A stretch of DNA of 63,056 nucleotides, filler included, from Sphaeroforma arctica JP610 (GCF_001186125.1; 4 parts of 2 records of this genome joined end to end with filler, not necessarily neighbours in it); one strand, 5' to 3'. Shown: positions 1 to 17,150, counted from the whole stretch's first letter. Translations and numbers: made by a program. Notes: generated by a model not told the origin, from the sequence alone.

Positions 1-92
1 TGTGTGTGTGTGTGTGTACGTGTGTGTGGACGTTCCTATGCATTTCACCTAGCTAAACGACAGTTTGACATTCGTTATCGTGTGCCTACCAG

Positions 93-3000
93 GTTGGAAA
101 GGAGTTCGATAAGATTCGCGTTGCCGGACGAATGCAAGATCAAATCCGGAATTACTACTATCAGAACCTGAAAATGATCTATAAGATGCTTGGTGATGGT
201 GAGTATCGTTCTCTGCTCTCGCTTTTGCACGATTGTGTACCGTATGCGTGCTTCCGAAAATTTACATTCTGCCAGCAGTTCGAATTTTGATAGCAAGCGG
301 AAGTTAATTTAAATCCATTTAGCCACTCAGCATATGTTCGTGATCATGCACTTAAATGAAATGTTCCTTCTACTCACAGAATGCAAGCCCGCGTCAGGCT
401 CGGACGAAAGGTACCAGTTAAAGTGTCTGTACTACCTACAGAAGACCTTGAATTTACCTGCGGATAATCTTTCTTCGAGCTTCAGCTACACCCATTTGTT
501 CGCTCCGCGCCTGAAACAGCTTTGCTTGGAAGGAAAGACCGAATTTACCAAGATGGGCAAGACCAGGAAGTATGTGACAAAAGCAACACGGTTTATGTCA
601 TATTTATTCATTTATTCAAGCGAGTTATTTTTGTATTTGTTGTTACCAACTTCATAGTGTGTCACTTGTGACAACAATATTTGAATGAAAGGTTATTTGA
701 GTAGCATTGGGCTTGTTTTTGTCCCTCATGAGCCAATCCTGTTAAGTGGTTTTGTTTTATGCCTGTTTAGTGCGTTTGTTTTATGCCTTTTCCTTGTCAC
801 ATCCGTCCAGATTTATTCTTTATGTGTACTGAATGTGCCATTACCTTTGTACTCACAGGCTGTCTTGCAAGCGAGATAAGTACTTTGATGCCAATGGTAT
901 ACCCCTGCCCAAGTACGGGCCTTGTCCGCACGCGCATCAACACCCCCATCATAACCACCACCACACTGATATGAAACCACCACCACCCAAGAAATACCCG
1001 CGATTGAAAGTATCGAAAACTCTCAAAGGTACATCGTCAAAGTCTTCAGTTCCTGTCCGAGCTGGAGCATCTAACAAAGCACCGCCATCATCGAAAAATA
1101 ACCTTAGTACTACAGATGGGCTTGTAGCTAAAACCGTTTCAGAATCAAAAACAACTAATAATAGTAGCCGTAGCCGTACATCAGCTGCCGATAAACCTAT
1201 CGGAACGAGTACAGACCCAGGCAATAATCCAAGTCTAAAGACTGGGTCAGTTGGACCTGTACACTCTGGTGCACCGATATTGGAGCCAGAGGCGGAGACC
1301 GTGGTTGAGCTCGAATCGTACAAACCTCAAGTGAGCACGGTGGATTTGGACAACGATACGAACGATGGAATGTGTATTGACCTTGATGAACTCGAGGAAT
1401 GTCTGTCCGACGTGGATGATGTTGAAAGTGAGGCAGATTCGCGGACAGGGAAGGGGGCCGGTGCCTCGTGCGCCAATGGAAGTTTGAAAACAGCTGAAGG
1501 GTTTACCAGAGATGAAAGTGTGGGTACTTCGAATGTAGGTGCTCCGCGCAAGCAGAACGAGTCTGTTCCGATGCCACAACGTCTGTTTATGGCTTTGGGA
1601 ACCAAGCGCCAGGTATGCGATTTGTTCACTTATGCCTAGAAACATACGAGCGAGTCTGCTCAAGTTTTGAGAAGAAGATCATGGATACAGGTGCGTTATA
1701 CATCCATGCTTCCGAGTTCGCATGCTTCTCCTACAGATTCGTACCTTCCTTTATCGATTTGAGTTGCAGAATTTTCGAAATAATTTTTTGTTGCACTCTG
1801 AACTATCCCCAATATTCTTAAATTAGGGGAAAGAACGAGTGCTCGACAATCGTCGACGGGCAAGCCGTGGATCTCTGACGAACATTAAGAAGGCAACCAC
1901 TCCGTCGGATGCACCGGCACTTGCCACAGACACCAGTACAGAAAAGGGGTTGTCAGGACAGCCCTCTGCAGAAGGCACTCCAGCGGTGTTAGGTTCCAAA
2001 ACTAAGATTAATGGCGATTCTGGCCTGTGGAGATCGAAATCGGCCAGTGGTAAGCAGTCTCGGCAATGTGAGCGTGTTAGCTATATCCTTATATACGACA
2101 CTAAATTTACAAACATTCACTTTTCGTGATAACGATTGATGGTATTCATATCTATTCCCATACAAGGTGTGGTTATTATACAATATTTCAGATAGAAACC
2201 AGCGTTGAGCGTTAAGCGCCCACCACGTATGTCATTTATCTACAATGTATACATTTTCGAATTGATTTGACGTAAACTCACTAGTCGGCCGGGCATTGAA
2301 AGCTATTGTGCTTTGTTTCTGTTGTAGGTGCAAAAACAGCGGAGAAGAAAAATAAGAAGGAGAAGTCGAAGACGGTGCTGGTCAATAAGCCACCCAAACC
2401 ATTACAATCTAAACTGAGTACCGGATCACAGCCGGGGCCTACAATATACGATCAGCAGGCCGCGTTGTCGGCGAGACAATCTGACTCGCGCCAACATGCT
2501 ACACCATCACCGCTTCACACTCAATCTAACTCATCTCCAGCACACTCCGCTCAACCGAACGAACCCCCTTCCGCAAACCTAGCGCTCCAGGGACCGCCAC
2601 CAAGTAGTCAACCGCACCCAACTTCAGCGCTCTCTTCCCAATCGAATCCGAATTCTTCTCCGTCGGTCCCAAACATATGTCACTCGCACCCAGGTTCACC
2701 CACCCGAACTCAATCTCGCATGAGTGTGCCGCCCCAAACGCAACTACATTCATGTCTAACCACCCGGTCTCAATCGCAGTCAAATTCAACATATTCTACA
2801 CATACGCCTCCAATTCAGCAACCGCAGCTGACAGTCCAAGGTACTGCCGGAATATCCGAATCGACTAATGTGTCATCACAGCCAATCTCGACGCCACATT
2901 CGCTTACACCTTCAAACTTGGAGGAACAGAACCTCAAACAACAACCTGAAATAAATAGTGTCTTGTCTAACCAGCTTGCTGCAACGGGAGAGGATGACAT

Positions 3001-6000
3001 AGTGGCGGACACTGCACCGGAGTTGCCAGTCACCGCTGCTACAAAACATGAGGGTACATCTACGCATATGAATGCTAAATCTCCGACGATCGGCCTGTCC
3101 GTTGCTGCGGAATCAACTACAATTACAGCACCCCTGAACTATACTGATGATACAAACATGGAGGTGGACGTAAAAATATCACGACGTGTAGATACTGGCC
3201 TAGAAGAAAGGGATCTTCCGCTTACGGTTTTATCATCAGCTTCAGCTTTGCCTGAAAGGAAACAGACGCCTATACAGACTATCAACGACATGCAGAGGTC
3301 CACCGAGAAGCCGAAGCCAACACCTACATTTCTGCGCATGAGTACAGACATGGGAAGACGCGCACAGTCTGGTGAGGAAGTTGGACTAGGAACTCACATC
3401 CAGGGGGAAACACGGCTTACAGCTGACAACCCCATGTTGTCACATACAGATTTTGGCAGTGGGGGCGATGAGAGCGACGAAGAGCTGAAACATGAAATAT
3501 CCCAGTTACTGGGTCGTTATTCTAAGCGGAAACTGCAACGGTACCTGTCTAAATACGACATCGATACGGGCAGTGCGTTCCCGAGGGCTAACAAGCTGAG
3601 AAAGCACAGCCACGCAAACGAGAATACGACCGCATCCTCACCCGGAGAACAGCCAACATCACAGTATAATATTAGTGTCCATGCTAGCAAGGAAGTTCAG
3701 CCTAGCGATGTACCCCGAAATGATGGGGGTATTGGTAAGGGGATTAAGAAGAAACCGCGACGAGCAGTCTTACAGACAATCAGTCGACCGCTCTCTGTAG
3801 ACCTCAGCAAGGTGAACTTAGACCCTGCTTCGACTGCGATGGTACGGGACAAAACGTCGAGCGTTGAGTTGTCGCAGCCTATTGGCGTAAAACGGAAATC
3901 GGAGGAGGAAGGTACAGTACACAGCAAGGCTCCCGCAGGATCGTCATCGGGTTTAAGTGGCACGAATATCTTTGACAAGAATGCCGAGAAGTTTTCAGAT
4001 GGTTACTCGGGCTTGCGATCCGGATATTCGTCTTTGTCACTTGGTACCATCAAAGGACACTTGGAGACTACCCCTGCAGAAGAGATACGAGCACATTTTG
4101 AACGGTCAAGTCATGGTGGAATAGATTTTGGCAGTAATATTTTTGGGTCCAGCTTCGGGCAGAATAACGAGATGATTGTGTCCAGTGAGGATAGATTCGG
4201 CGCTGCCTATCGTACCATCACGGGTGAAACCCCCGGTGAGAAACTCGATAGCAATGGCGCTACTCCTAATGGTATAAACGATATTCAGACTATTCCCACC
4301 CACGAGGAGATGAACGGCAAATCAAGCATAAACATCGATGTAGACGTAGAGATGGACACCGAATTGAGATTAGTCGGGATGTCTAATGATGCAACCGACA
4401 TGCATCTGCCGGCGCACACCGTTCCCGCTTCCCAGATACAACCCAAGCCCCAGCAACTCTCGCAGTCGACTGCTCAGGCTGACATTCAGTCCTCATTCTT
4501 GCATCAATCGCACCAAGATATTGGTAGTTTCGTGAGAAAAGATCGACACTCTGTGTCTAGCACCGGCAGCGGTGGCTTAGGAAATGGTATGTACGATTTC
4601 CGAGCAGGGACTCCCAATACAGTGATAGGCGCGGAAGACCACATACGGGCACAGCATCGGATGCTAACGACTCAGATTGTACATGGGGTAACCTGCGATT
4701 CTCGAACTTCCATCGGCGATACGCATCTTAATCCGGCTTCAGCAATGGATCGACAAGTACTCGGCGCAGATCAGCTTTCTTGGGGAGATCTTGACCGCGA
4801 TGTGGAGCTTCGGTTGGCTACCATACGTGCACAATCTGATACCCACTCAGATATATATGCACAAGCTAGCGCTGAGATTCGACCCCAATCGGGCATACAT
4901 GCACAGGCCAATTCTAGCATGCCTGTACAGTCAGATGCACGTGTTCATGCCACAGTCGATGTGTCAGGTCAGTATTCTGAACGTACTTCGCGATATCTGT
5001 CAGCACACGCGAACGGCAATGCTAATACGCACCCATTAGAGGTTCTGCAAATCGACGCGAATTCTGATCTACAGCTGAGTGCACGCACACTTACAAGGGC
5101 CCAATCTAGTCCTGCTGGCAAAGCATCTATGAATACAGAAAGACGCCAGCCCAATAGCACCCCAACTGAAGGGACAAATAGTACCGCCAAGACTACCTCA
5201 GGCCCTATGCGGGTGGACATGGTCCCAGCATTGACTGACGACAAGGAACGCCTCCTGCAGATGGGCATGAATCCTTTGATAACGTATGTGTTAGGTTTTA
5301 TACGTTGTTGCGTGTCTGGTTTCTGATTTGTATTGAGTATTTTATTTCTCGCTACTTCACTGTAATGGCGCAGGTTCACATGCAGGCACTCGTCCCTTCT
5401 GTCTTTGTCTTCGTTCATCTGGGCGTTATAAACTGAGACATATTTCTACTACACATTGAATATACAGGCTGCAAATTAAGAAGGGTAGTAAACAAGTATC
5501 GAAGATTCTAGGACATTTAGAAAAGAAATGGTTCAGCAGATCCTCGGTGCCGGCGCCGGACATCACTTTGTGGGCTACTCCTTTGAACCAAACCACAGGT
5601 ATGACTTTCAAAAGGTTGGGCTCATCCCTACTTTCAACCTTAAATAATCCCTTCTTTTGATTTCATTTAACGAGATTCCACTCCTTCTTTTCCTGGAATT
5701 GGTTAACAGGCTCATCCTCGTTTATTCTTATTTATCTCATTTTATAAATCCAAAATTACACCACCAGCCACCAACGTGATGCGTGTGAAATTTAGTTTGC
5801 GCTCATGCCCGTCAGCCGCAACCGTACATGATCTCCAGGAGATACTCGGTCCCACTACCGCCGAGAACATACGGATACAGTACACATTAAGCAACACGCC
5901 TCCGCCCAGCACTATTGTGATACCATTTCAGAAGCCATTCAGGTTGCCTTCTACAAAACAAACTCAAGTACAGGTATCTACAAGTGCATCGACTCACAAT

Positions 6001-8796
6001 ACTACCGGACAGCTGTCTCGTCCGCACTCGTTTACGAATACGCAAACAGTATACAGCAGACACTCTCCGGAGGCTGCGTCCCTTCCCTCGTACACTACAC
6101 CAGCGCGTCAATTAGAAAACACCGCAGAACAGCAACAAGCACGTCAATCGCAGCAAATGTATGAGAATCAGCAACAAGCCCGACAACGAGCACAGCCACA
6201 GTCACAGTCACAGAAGCAACCGCGCAGTCGGCAGAATGGCTCAAATCTGCCCGATTTTAGACAAGCTTCTGACTCTCTGAGCCTGTCGTTTTCATCAGAA
6301 GCGTTGGGTGAGGTACAAACCGTTCCGCCCAAAGATGGTTCAGTGATGTCGGCCACAGGCCCACACGCAAACGGGCATACCGGGGTAGAATTATCTATTG
6401 ATCATAATGCTGTAGCGGTAGGCAAGGATACAACGCGCAGCAATCAGCCTGTGTCTATGGGTCGGCTTGACTTTGGATTGACTTTGCAGACGGATCACGT
6501 ACAGGCGCAGCATGAGAATGCTGTATGGAATGGAGCCGCCGAGCATGACATCAATATACACTTAAACGACAAGCAGGGTACAGGGCAGGGTACAGGCCTA
6601 GCCAACATGCATGGCTTGCTACCAAGGAATAGGACAAATCGTGCGCCGGGGGTCATATCCTCCTCATTCGGAGGTCTACACAATGGGCTTGATCAAGATC
6701 TACCTCTCGATTTGCAGTTTAGTTTAGCATCACCTCGTTTCTCTGATGAAGTCCGAGGCCGAGACAACCAAAATGGGTCCAAGAAATTAGATCAAACCGA
6801 TTTCCAAAAATTAGATCAGACACAACCGCATGTACACGCGCCAGTAGAAGTCCAGCCGCTCTCAAACACTCCGAAAGCAGCTGCAAGATCTCCATCTCAA
6901 ACAGATCAAAGTTTCTTTGAGGACCACATCATGCCACCTCCACCGCAGACCGTACGCAGTATAGGGAAGTCCAGTGAGTTCAGCTTCGAAAAGCGTAGTA
7001 GTGATGATATCGGTCCGCCACAACTATTGTCTGAACATTCGCTTGCCTCAAAGCCGTTTGAGACGACCATCAATGAGGCACGAGTTTCGAAACAGCTCAA
7101 AGACACTTCAGGCCAGGCTCCTTTAGCAGAAGTCGAGAAGAGACTGGAGAAACCAACATTTGTTATGACTTGCACGGACGCAGATAACCAGTGGTCAGGT
7201 ATAGGTAATTGATCCTCCGTGAGCCGCGAGTGTTGTAATTTGTTTGTGTATGAAGGATAGACACACTTCTGCGTGGATATGAATATGTTTCTGACACATT
7301 ATCTCACACTATATCAGCACATTATGTCCCTGCCTTTGTACATACTATCATCCAGGGTGTGAACCGTTTCGCTATTGTTTTAATATAAACCACAACGAGC
7401 ATATATTCTTATTCTCAGTTAGAAACACCTCCGTGTGGGAAAATCGTATTAGATGCAAACGGGTGAGTGCGTACTCATGATTGTCACTTATCCATTACAG
7501 ATAAAGTTGAAATTCCGTTTTCGCGGAAGGAATCTGTGAATAGCCAGGTGTCGAAAGGACCTGGTGTTCTTTTGGCCCCGTCTAACTCGCCCTGGGGAGA
7601 CGAGGTATGTCCTCGTGCGTAAAAGGTTATGACACAATGTTACATATCTCTTTATGTAAACTTATATTTACACATTATAATGTCCTGATATTTAAAGGGC
7701 GTTCAGCGATTGCATATTCATACATCAGTATAGGTTGTACATTCAACGCGTGTGTATTATGGAACCTTGTAGCCAAGTGGGCATAAAGCTACTTGCACCG
7801 TACACTCCGAGTGAACAGCCCATTGTCAACGGTAGCAAAAGCCTCGTAGTCTGCGTTACCATGATTTTCGTTAGGTAGAATGATCTTCCGGGCTCGACTT
7901 GGATTTACACAGTTGACATATTCATATATATTTTCTCGTTCTTTTGCAGACCATGGATGTAAGCTGCGACGGATTTGGTACGAACTTTTTTCACCCGTCA
8001 TGTCTAGAAGGTGGTGGCTCTAGCAGGCACGCACCTCACTCACAACCGCCCCCCTTTGGTTCGAATGCAAGTCGCCAAGACATTTTCGGCCTCAATGAGA
8101 ATAGCCTGAGCTCGCGAGTAAGGATGGACTTGAATGGCAGAAAGATTTCGAAGGGAGATATGAGTGGTACCAGTGGACATGCTCCTCTTGGCTCTATATT
8201 TCATGGGGATAAATCAAATGGTCTATTTTGGGGAAGCTACCAAGGGCATGTGGACGGTCATGGCGGGAGCAAAAATGGCTCCACATCTGCTGCTAATACA
8301 CAGTCAGCTGCCAGGAAGTTCGATTTCAGTGGCAACAACAGCGAGGCAATCAAGTTTGTACAGCCGAACGGGGTATGTTTTTCAACGGCATGTCACCATC
8401 AACCAGTTAGTTACGATTACACTTTCAATTTTTTCGCAATTTTTACGCTGCTGGAATTTTTTAAATTGCAATTCTGCCTGTAATTTGAGATTGTCATTAA
8501 GTTCCTTGTTTTTCATGTGACCGAGCTATCTTCCACACTAGACGCCGGCATTGACCTCAAATCACACAATGGAGTAGCGTAATTTCTCTCAAATTGGGTG
8601 GGAGAACTTTGTTGACTATTGTATGTCAGAGTGGGTTCCCATTTACATATATACTAATGGTTGCCACTGAATATACTTTCATGGCCTGAATACTATTTCA
8701 ATAGATCGTTGACTCACCGTATGCTCTCATTTTTTTCTTATAGAATGGTCGTTCCTGGAAGCCGGCAAAAAATCCCTCTTCCGAACAGAATTATTA
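93..8796 (+). CDS. CRAMP1: Cramped/CRAMP1-TKI1-like SANT-domain chromatin protein, multi-exon, 5'-partial, last exon uncertain
   Basis: Phase-consistent GT-AG exons: 93-198, 380-569, 859-1612, 1827-2049/2067, 2328-5283, 5468-5598, 5768-~7200, ~7423-7462, ~7544-7604, 7950-8372, with the terminal exon at ~8542 or ~8744. Exon 93-198 reads VGKEFDKIRVAGRMQDQIRNYYYQNLKMIYKMLG, resembling the SANT of Cramped/plant TKI1 (GKxFxKI...DQVRHYYYR). The spliced MRVDMVP...MGMNPLIT|LQIKKGSKQVSKILGHLEKKW resembles the second Cramped/TKI1 block (LQLFP...HPYLELTL...KKVSSVLxHxxxKW). The rest is low complexity. Confidence 0.72.
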
Positions 8797-9543
8797 GATG
8801 TCTGACCATAACCAGAGCTGGAAGTTGTCGATGCTTTTACAAAAATGCATATTTCAATATCCCATGTGCAGCTATGGGCCTTGTAGCTAGTAGCTAGTAT
8901 AATACGGAAAGTCACCTGTTTTGTAAACAGATGATAACGGCTAAGATTCGTAAAATATAAAACTCGATCGAAATCTTGCATTGTAATTCGCATTATATTG
9001 TAATATAACAAAGGCTTCAATTCTGCAATAAGCTGTTTTTGAAAATTTATAATACCACCAAGTTGTCTGACATATGGCAACACTCTATCACTGCTCGTGT
9101 TTCGCGTATTGCCTCAACAGAATCCACCGTTTTTGTACAATTGATGTCCAAATTACACGTTGCCTCTGAATGACCGAGAGTTCAAGGCGTTTTTTCTTAT
9201 CGTAGTCCAGGCAATTTGATCTCATATTATGTATTTATTTATGTTTCTGGCAATACATTTTTTGTTTGTTATAAGGTGATGTCGTTCCAGCTTACTGCGT
9301 CTGAATGGTGTTGCTCTTGATTACTCTATACAGTTTTTTGTTGTTGTTTTTTGTATACATGTAGCAAAGTCATAGACACACGTCGTTTACTATCAGGGAA
9401 CTAAGCTAGATGATTTAGCCGCGCTAGAATCAGTGTAGTTTTTGTCATCGAGTGACGTGTGGGCGCCTTGCCTAAGGTTGTCCTGGTTACTGAAGTTGGG
9501 GCTGTCCTAGGATCTGCTTCCAAGGACTGAGCAACAAAAAAAA

Positions 9544-9587
9544 TTGGCGGGTACTTTCTGTATTCATTTTTTGGCGGGATATTCAAA
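9544..9587 (+). promoter_or_regulatory. Two E2F-like TTGGCGGG sites, the second followed by TTCAAA (TTYRAA, LIN54/CHR-like), upstream of DHFR
   Basis: TTGGCGGG at 9544-9551 and 9571-9578; TTCAAA at 9582-9587; about 240-280 bp upstream of the DHFR ATG. Confidence 0.5.
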
Positions 9588-9821
9588 AGCAATAAAAATT
9601 GCATGACCATACGGCACACGGCATACGCCATCCGCCATTCGCCATACAGCATACGACATACGTCCACCGTAGTCCATACATACGGCCAAAGTTAACCCCG
9701 CATTGGTCGCTATATTGTAGCATACTGTACTTCGTGACCGTACAAGCACGTACTTATTTGATATTTAATCATTGCATAGACTGTTTGTTGTAGGGGTAGA
9801 GAGAGGAAATCATATAATATC

Positions 9822-12763
<2,942 letters not shown>

Positions 12764-14148
12764 TGATCTGTCAGCCAAAAAGCAGAATACAGAGGATTCC
12801 TAGGATTGTTCTTGATATAGAGGCTGTGAATGATGAATGTATCGCCTCATTTGGGTGTGATCTTGCCTACAACTGGTGAAGATCTTCTCAAGTCGATCAG
12901 CACGTAGCAGTACTGAGATTAGTAAATCTTGGTAGCGTAGAAGATGGATTCTGATCTAAACCAGGCTACGCTATACGCCCAAATAACCAATCTATCAATT
13001 ATTCTTCAGCGAATTGCGCAGAGTATTCGCTGTAAAAGTAAAGCGCATTTGACATAGGATATCTCACGACGGACACCATAGTGCACAAAACTTAGAACTT
13101 TTTTACCAGCAAGCAGCAACACACAGCAGCGCTTTCGACAATAAATGACCAATTTTTAAATATTAACGCAGCCTGCAAATACTCGTTTAATGGTGGCTCT
13201 GGCACTGCTACTTCATAGCTAGATCCCAAAACCTAATGCTCAGGTATGTTTTATTTTGAATCAATTGCATCCTATGCTCACACCCGGCGTCTCAAATGTC
13301 GATGCTGATCTATTCAGTACTACTCCTCTTGTTGAGTGCAGCCAGTTTTGAAACGAAGTTGTCGACAAAGGTTTGGTCGTGGAGTCCACTGAATTTATCA
13401 ACGACCTCTCCTTTATGAAACGCCAATACCAGGGGTATAGATGATACCTGAAAATGGATGAAGAAAATGAAAAAAATGGCTTTGTATTTCTGACAGTGCT
13501 ACTCGATTGTTGTGCTCGTGCTCTCTCTCCGCCCAGCACGATTGTACAAAAAAATAATAAAAATAGATGCACAGATCGCGCATCAATCTATATTCATAGA
13601 CGACAGTGAAGAATACCCGGCACTGCCTATCGAAAATCATCCTACTACCGCCATCAGCCGATGCAGCTACTATCGCATTATGTGTCATTTGTCCAGTTCT
13701 CTTTCTTTCGATATGCTTTTGAGTTTGTTTCGTCTCCCACTGTCTTATGCAATTAAAGCAGTGACAATGCCAGGGCAGATGGCACTGAACGAAAGTTGAA
13801 CAATAAGTCTAGACTCTTTTTACAAAATACCTTGTACTTTTGAGCCAAACGACCCTCAGAGTCCACATCGATCTTCGCAAGTTTTATCTGACCATCTGAC
13901 GCGCCAATAGCCTCTTCTAGCACTGGTGCAAGAAATCGGCATGGCCCACACCAACTGGAAAATGAAGAGAAAAGGCACTTTCAGAGTGATGTATCCAATA
14001 GGGAAATTCGAATCCCTCCGTATAGTCGTATAGTGGCTTGCATATTCAAACACATGAACAAGCAACATTGTATAGGAAAAATAGAAAAAATGACATAGAA
14101 GGAAACACGATACTATACTAATACATGAACACGCAGCCAGCAAGTTAT

Positions 14149-14248
14149 NNNNNNNNNNNNNNNNNNNNNNNNNNNNNNNNNNNNNNNNNNNNTTAATTAA
14201 TTAANNNNNNNNNNNNNNNNNNNNNNNNNNNNNNNNNNNNNNNNNNNN
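14149..14248. other. Assembly linker gap (N...TTAATTAATTAA...N)
   Basis: 100-nt N run with a central all-frame-stop 12-mer; identical linkers at 39181-39280 and 50863-50962. Confidence 0.95.
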
Positions 14249-15387
14249 ATATATATGTCTTTTAATATATTAGTATATACATATGCATATATACCTTGAG
14301 ACAAATCACAATGCTGGATTGCATAGTCATCTATATCTTAATCAAAAATACTGAAGACTATTGCCATTATCATATAACACACCTGGATACATAGCAGCCA
14401 TGGGAGGAATATATAGCAATGTTTTGCCATTCATCGCGGCGAAACGAGCATTTTGGGTCTCTTCGTCAGCTTTAGAAAAGTCAGTCATCTTGTTTGGGTA
14501 TCAAGTAAGCACAACTGGTTGTAAGATGCGAGTGTGTTTTATAGCTTTATATAGGGTATAGGCGGAATGCACAAGTGGATATGTGATATGCACGTGTGAG
14601 AATAGGACTGCAGCACTATTATCCTGCAAGTGTTTCTTTACGTGTAATCTGGCGTTGGCACTCTCTGAAAATATGCTGAGCTCATCAGGGATCAGACTGC
14701 GATCCAAGTGTCGTGTGATGGTCGTCTAATTATCTATTACTATATTTGGCTGTGATACAAAATACACAATTTTTCAACAAAAAAAATTATATATATATGT
14801 TCCAAGTTCTCCTTTGCTCGCGGCGCTCGTGCGCTTGTCAACTATTTGTTTTTTAAATGTACACTCAATTTTTCGTCATTTTGCCACAGAGCTTTTTGTT
14901 GCGATAGTAACTATAGCATTTCAACTGTTTATGTGTCTATTTAGCGTATTGTATCCTATAGTGTTGCATAATTTTAATGTTGCCACCTGCGTTTGGCCTA
15001 TTTAGTCGCACTTCCCCTTAATCAAATATGTGTGCACTGTCTGAATCAACGGCAATCTAGATATCGATATGTGGTATTTTGGCTTAGAATTCTAGTTGTA
15101 TCTTCTATTGTGAACTCTAGTTGTATATTCAATATGGGCCTCAGTCCTAGATGTAGTATGTGTGGTCTATGCGCTACACATCAACTCACGTCGGTCTCAG
15201 CATTTTGAAGTCGACCAGCACTGTGCGAATCAACAAATTCTGGGGTATGGATATGACGTTTGCACCCTATGGCCTATTAGGGGCGCCATATAGCACAGTA
15301 CATGTTGTATTGCAATGGAGATTTATGGCGCAACGCATTAGCAGTCCGGTCGAAATAGGTGGTAACTGTTGCTCAACAGGGATCATA

Positions 15388-15419
15388 TTAATATATATAT
15401 AAATATATATGTATGTATG

Positions 15420-15471
<52 letters not shown>

Positions 15472-15516
15472 TATTCATATACATATACATATACGTATGC
15501 ATTATATTATCTATTC

Positions 15517-15552
<36 letters not shown>

Positions 15553-15575
15553 ATTTGTATTATGTTATATTATAT
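15388..15575. repeat. (TA)n / TATG microsatellite
   Basis: Seen directly. Confidence 0.95.
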
Positions 15576-17072
15576 TAATGGCTGACCTGTATCTTTATCG
15601 CTTATGTATATTTTGGGCGTATGTTTGCAGAGTACAATGTGCGCATGCTGTCGGCATATACTCGTAGGTTATGAGGTTCGCATATCATGTTGACTGACTG
15701 TATTGGTAGCTCGTGTATATTCGGCGTGTGTGCTGACAGTACGGATTATAGTTTAGACTTATTCAAGGCTATGTTTATTTGACACGTGTTGGTGTCATTC
15801 ATTACTATGGATGACTTACTCGTAGATTCCGAATCACCGAGTTGTTCTTATTTTTTAAGGATAAGAAGTGAACAGGTCCTTAGAACCGACCCACTCTTAG
15901 ACCTGTTCTTCACAACGTTGCCGATGATGGCAACATAAGTCATGGTTGCTTTTGACGACATTGTCATATTTAGAAAGCGCACTTTATACTCAAGGCTGAT
16001 TATACTATTATCCTGAGCATTACTTCACAGATGAATGGACTCTTTGCGATCACAATTGGAGTGGCCAAAGCAATCCGCCTGCGAGATTTGCAATGCCCCT
16101 AAGTAATAGTTGCGGGATGTGCGCCTATACACTGGTCCCATATTGGGGATACAGGCAGTTCAACTCAGTATGTATCTGTACATTTACTTTGTGCTGTAGC
16201 AAGAGCGACTAACACCAGGTTGAAGCATGGTGGACACGCAGAGGTGGATGCGAAACATACATGCAATTACATTAGACTTCGTTATGAATGTGATGTGAAT
16301 GTATACTAGTGTTTTTTTAGTATCAATCACTGCCAACTCGGCTCTGAATTCATTCTGTGAAGTTTAAGTGTACATTTTATCACTCATTGTCGACCCAATT
16401 TAAGAGCAAAATAAAGACAAAATATATTTCAAATTTATCGACTTCGACTTAAATCTTGTGAGCGGTTATGAAAACTGGAGAGCTCTCGTGCAATCATACA
16501 ATTGTGGTCGCAATGCGGCAAAGCACGTACTTGTGGACTCTCGAGAAGTTTATGTCTAGATTACACACTAGATGATGCACACCCGCATGACTACGTTGAC
16601 GGATGTGTGTGAGTAGTGCTGTACATGTTATGCTCTGTATAGTACACTTAGCATGTGCTTTCTTGTTTGAGACTTGCTGGTCGAGCATGCAATGCGATGT
16701 ATTGTAGCACCATCATATATACTAGATAATTTTATGCATTCATAATATATGTATAAGTGCAAATCCTGTTCGTTCGATTTTTAAGATTTTCATGGATAGA
16801 CTGCTGTTGTGTCTATTTAAAGGGGTATGATCAACGTTAGTTTGTCTGCCATTTACAAAGCTGTGTCGCTCAAGGTATATTAATATTCAGCCTGCGCTTA
16901 CTTGTGTCGACACAGAATATGGTCGATTCGGCAATCACCGTTATAGTCAGCCGAAGCACATGGTGTACACGCAGAGATTTACCCATCTATGTCAATCTTA
17001 AAGCGTGCGTTGACTATTCATGATATGTCGAAACGTATGGAATATCGAATCGACACATACAATTACAGACGC

Positions 17073-17150
17073 CTAAATCACGCTTACACATACAATTACA
17101 GACAGCTAAAACACGCTTACACATACAATTACAAGCAGCTAAATCACGCT
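17073..17150. repeat. ~32-bp unit repeated about 2.5 times
   Basis: acacatacaattacagac(g/a)(c/g)ctaaa(t/a)cacgctt units. Confidence 0.75.

Noticed and set aside
949..7175. Numerous minus-strand ORFs overlapping the Cramped-like exons
   Set aside because: They are antisense shadows of long + strand exons and carry no motifs.
9400..9535. GC-richer segment upstream of the DHFR promoter as a possible snRNA/snoRNA
   Set aside because: No recognisable snRNA sequence or convincing box C/D or H/ACA arrangement; it would need an Infernal/Rfam search.
13262..13445. TPGVSNVDADLFS resembling an RNase H C-terminal motif
   Set aside because: A single short motif with an adjacent stop and no supporting upstream domains; at most an unverifiable relic.
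14340..14710. Semi-open minus-strand frame (possible transposase relic)
   Set aside because: No diagnostic motif; interrupted by stops.
15369..15667. ORFs rich in YI/CV/YM repeats (also 44117-44547, 50473-50918, 58232-58921)
   Set aside because: Translations of micro- or minisatellites.
15860..16110. Possible terminal exons ending ACEICNAPK* (half RanBP2-like zinc finger)
   Set aside because: I could not build a phase-consistent exon chain or find the first Cys pair.
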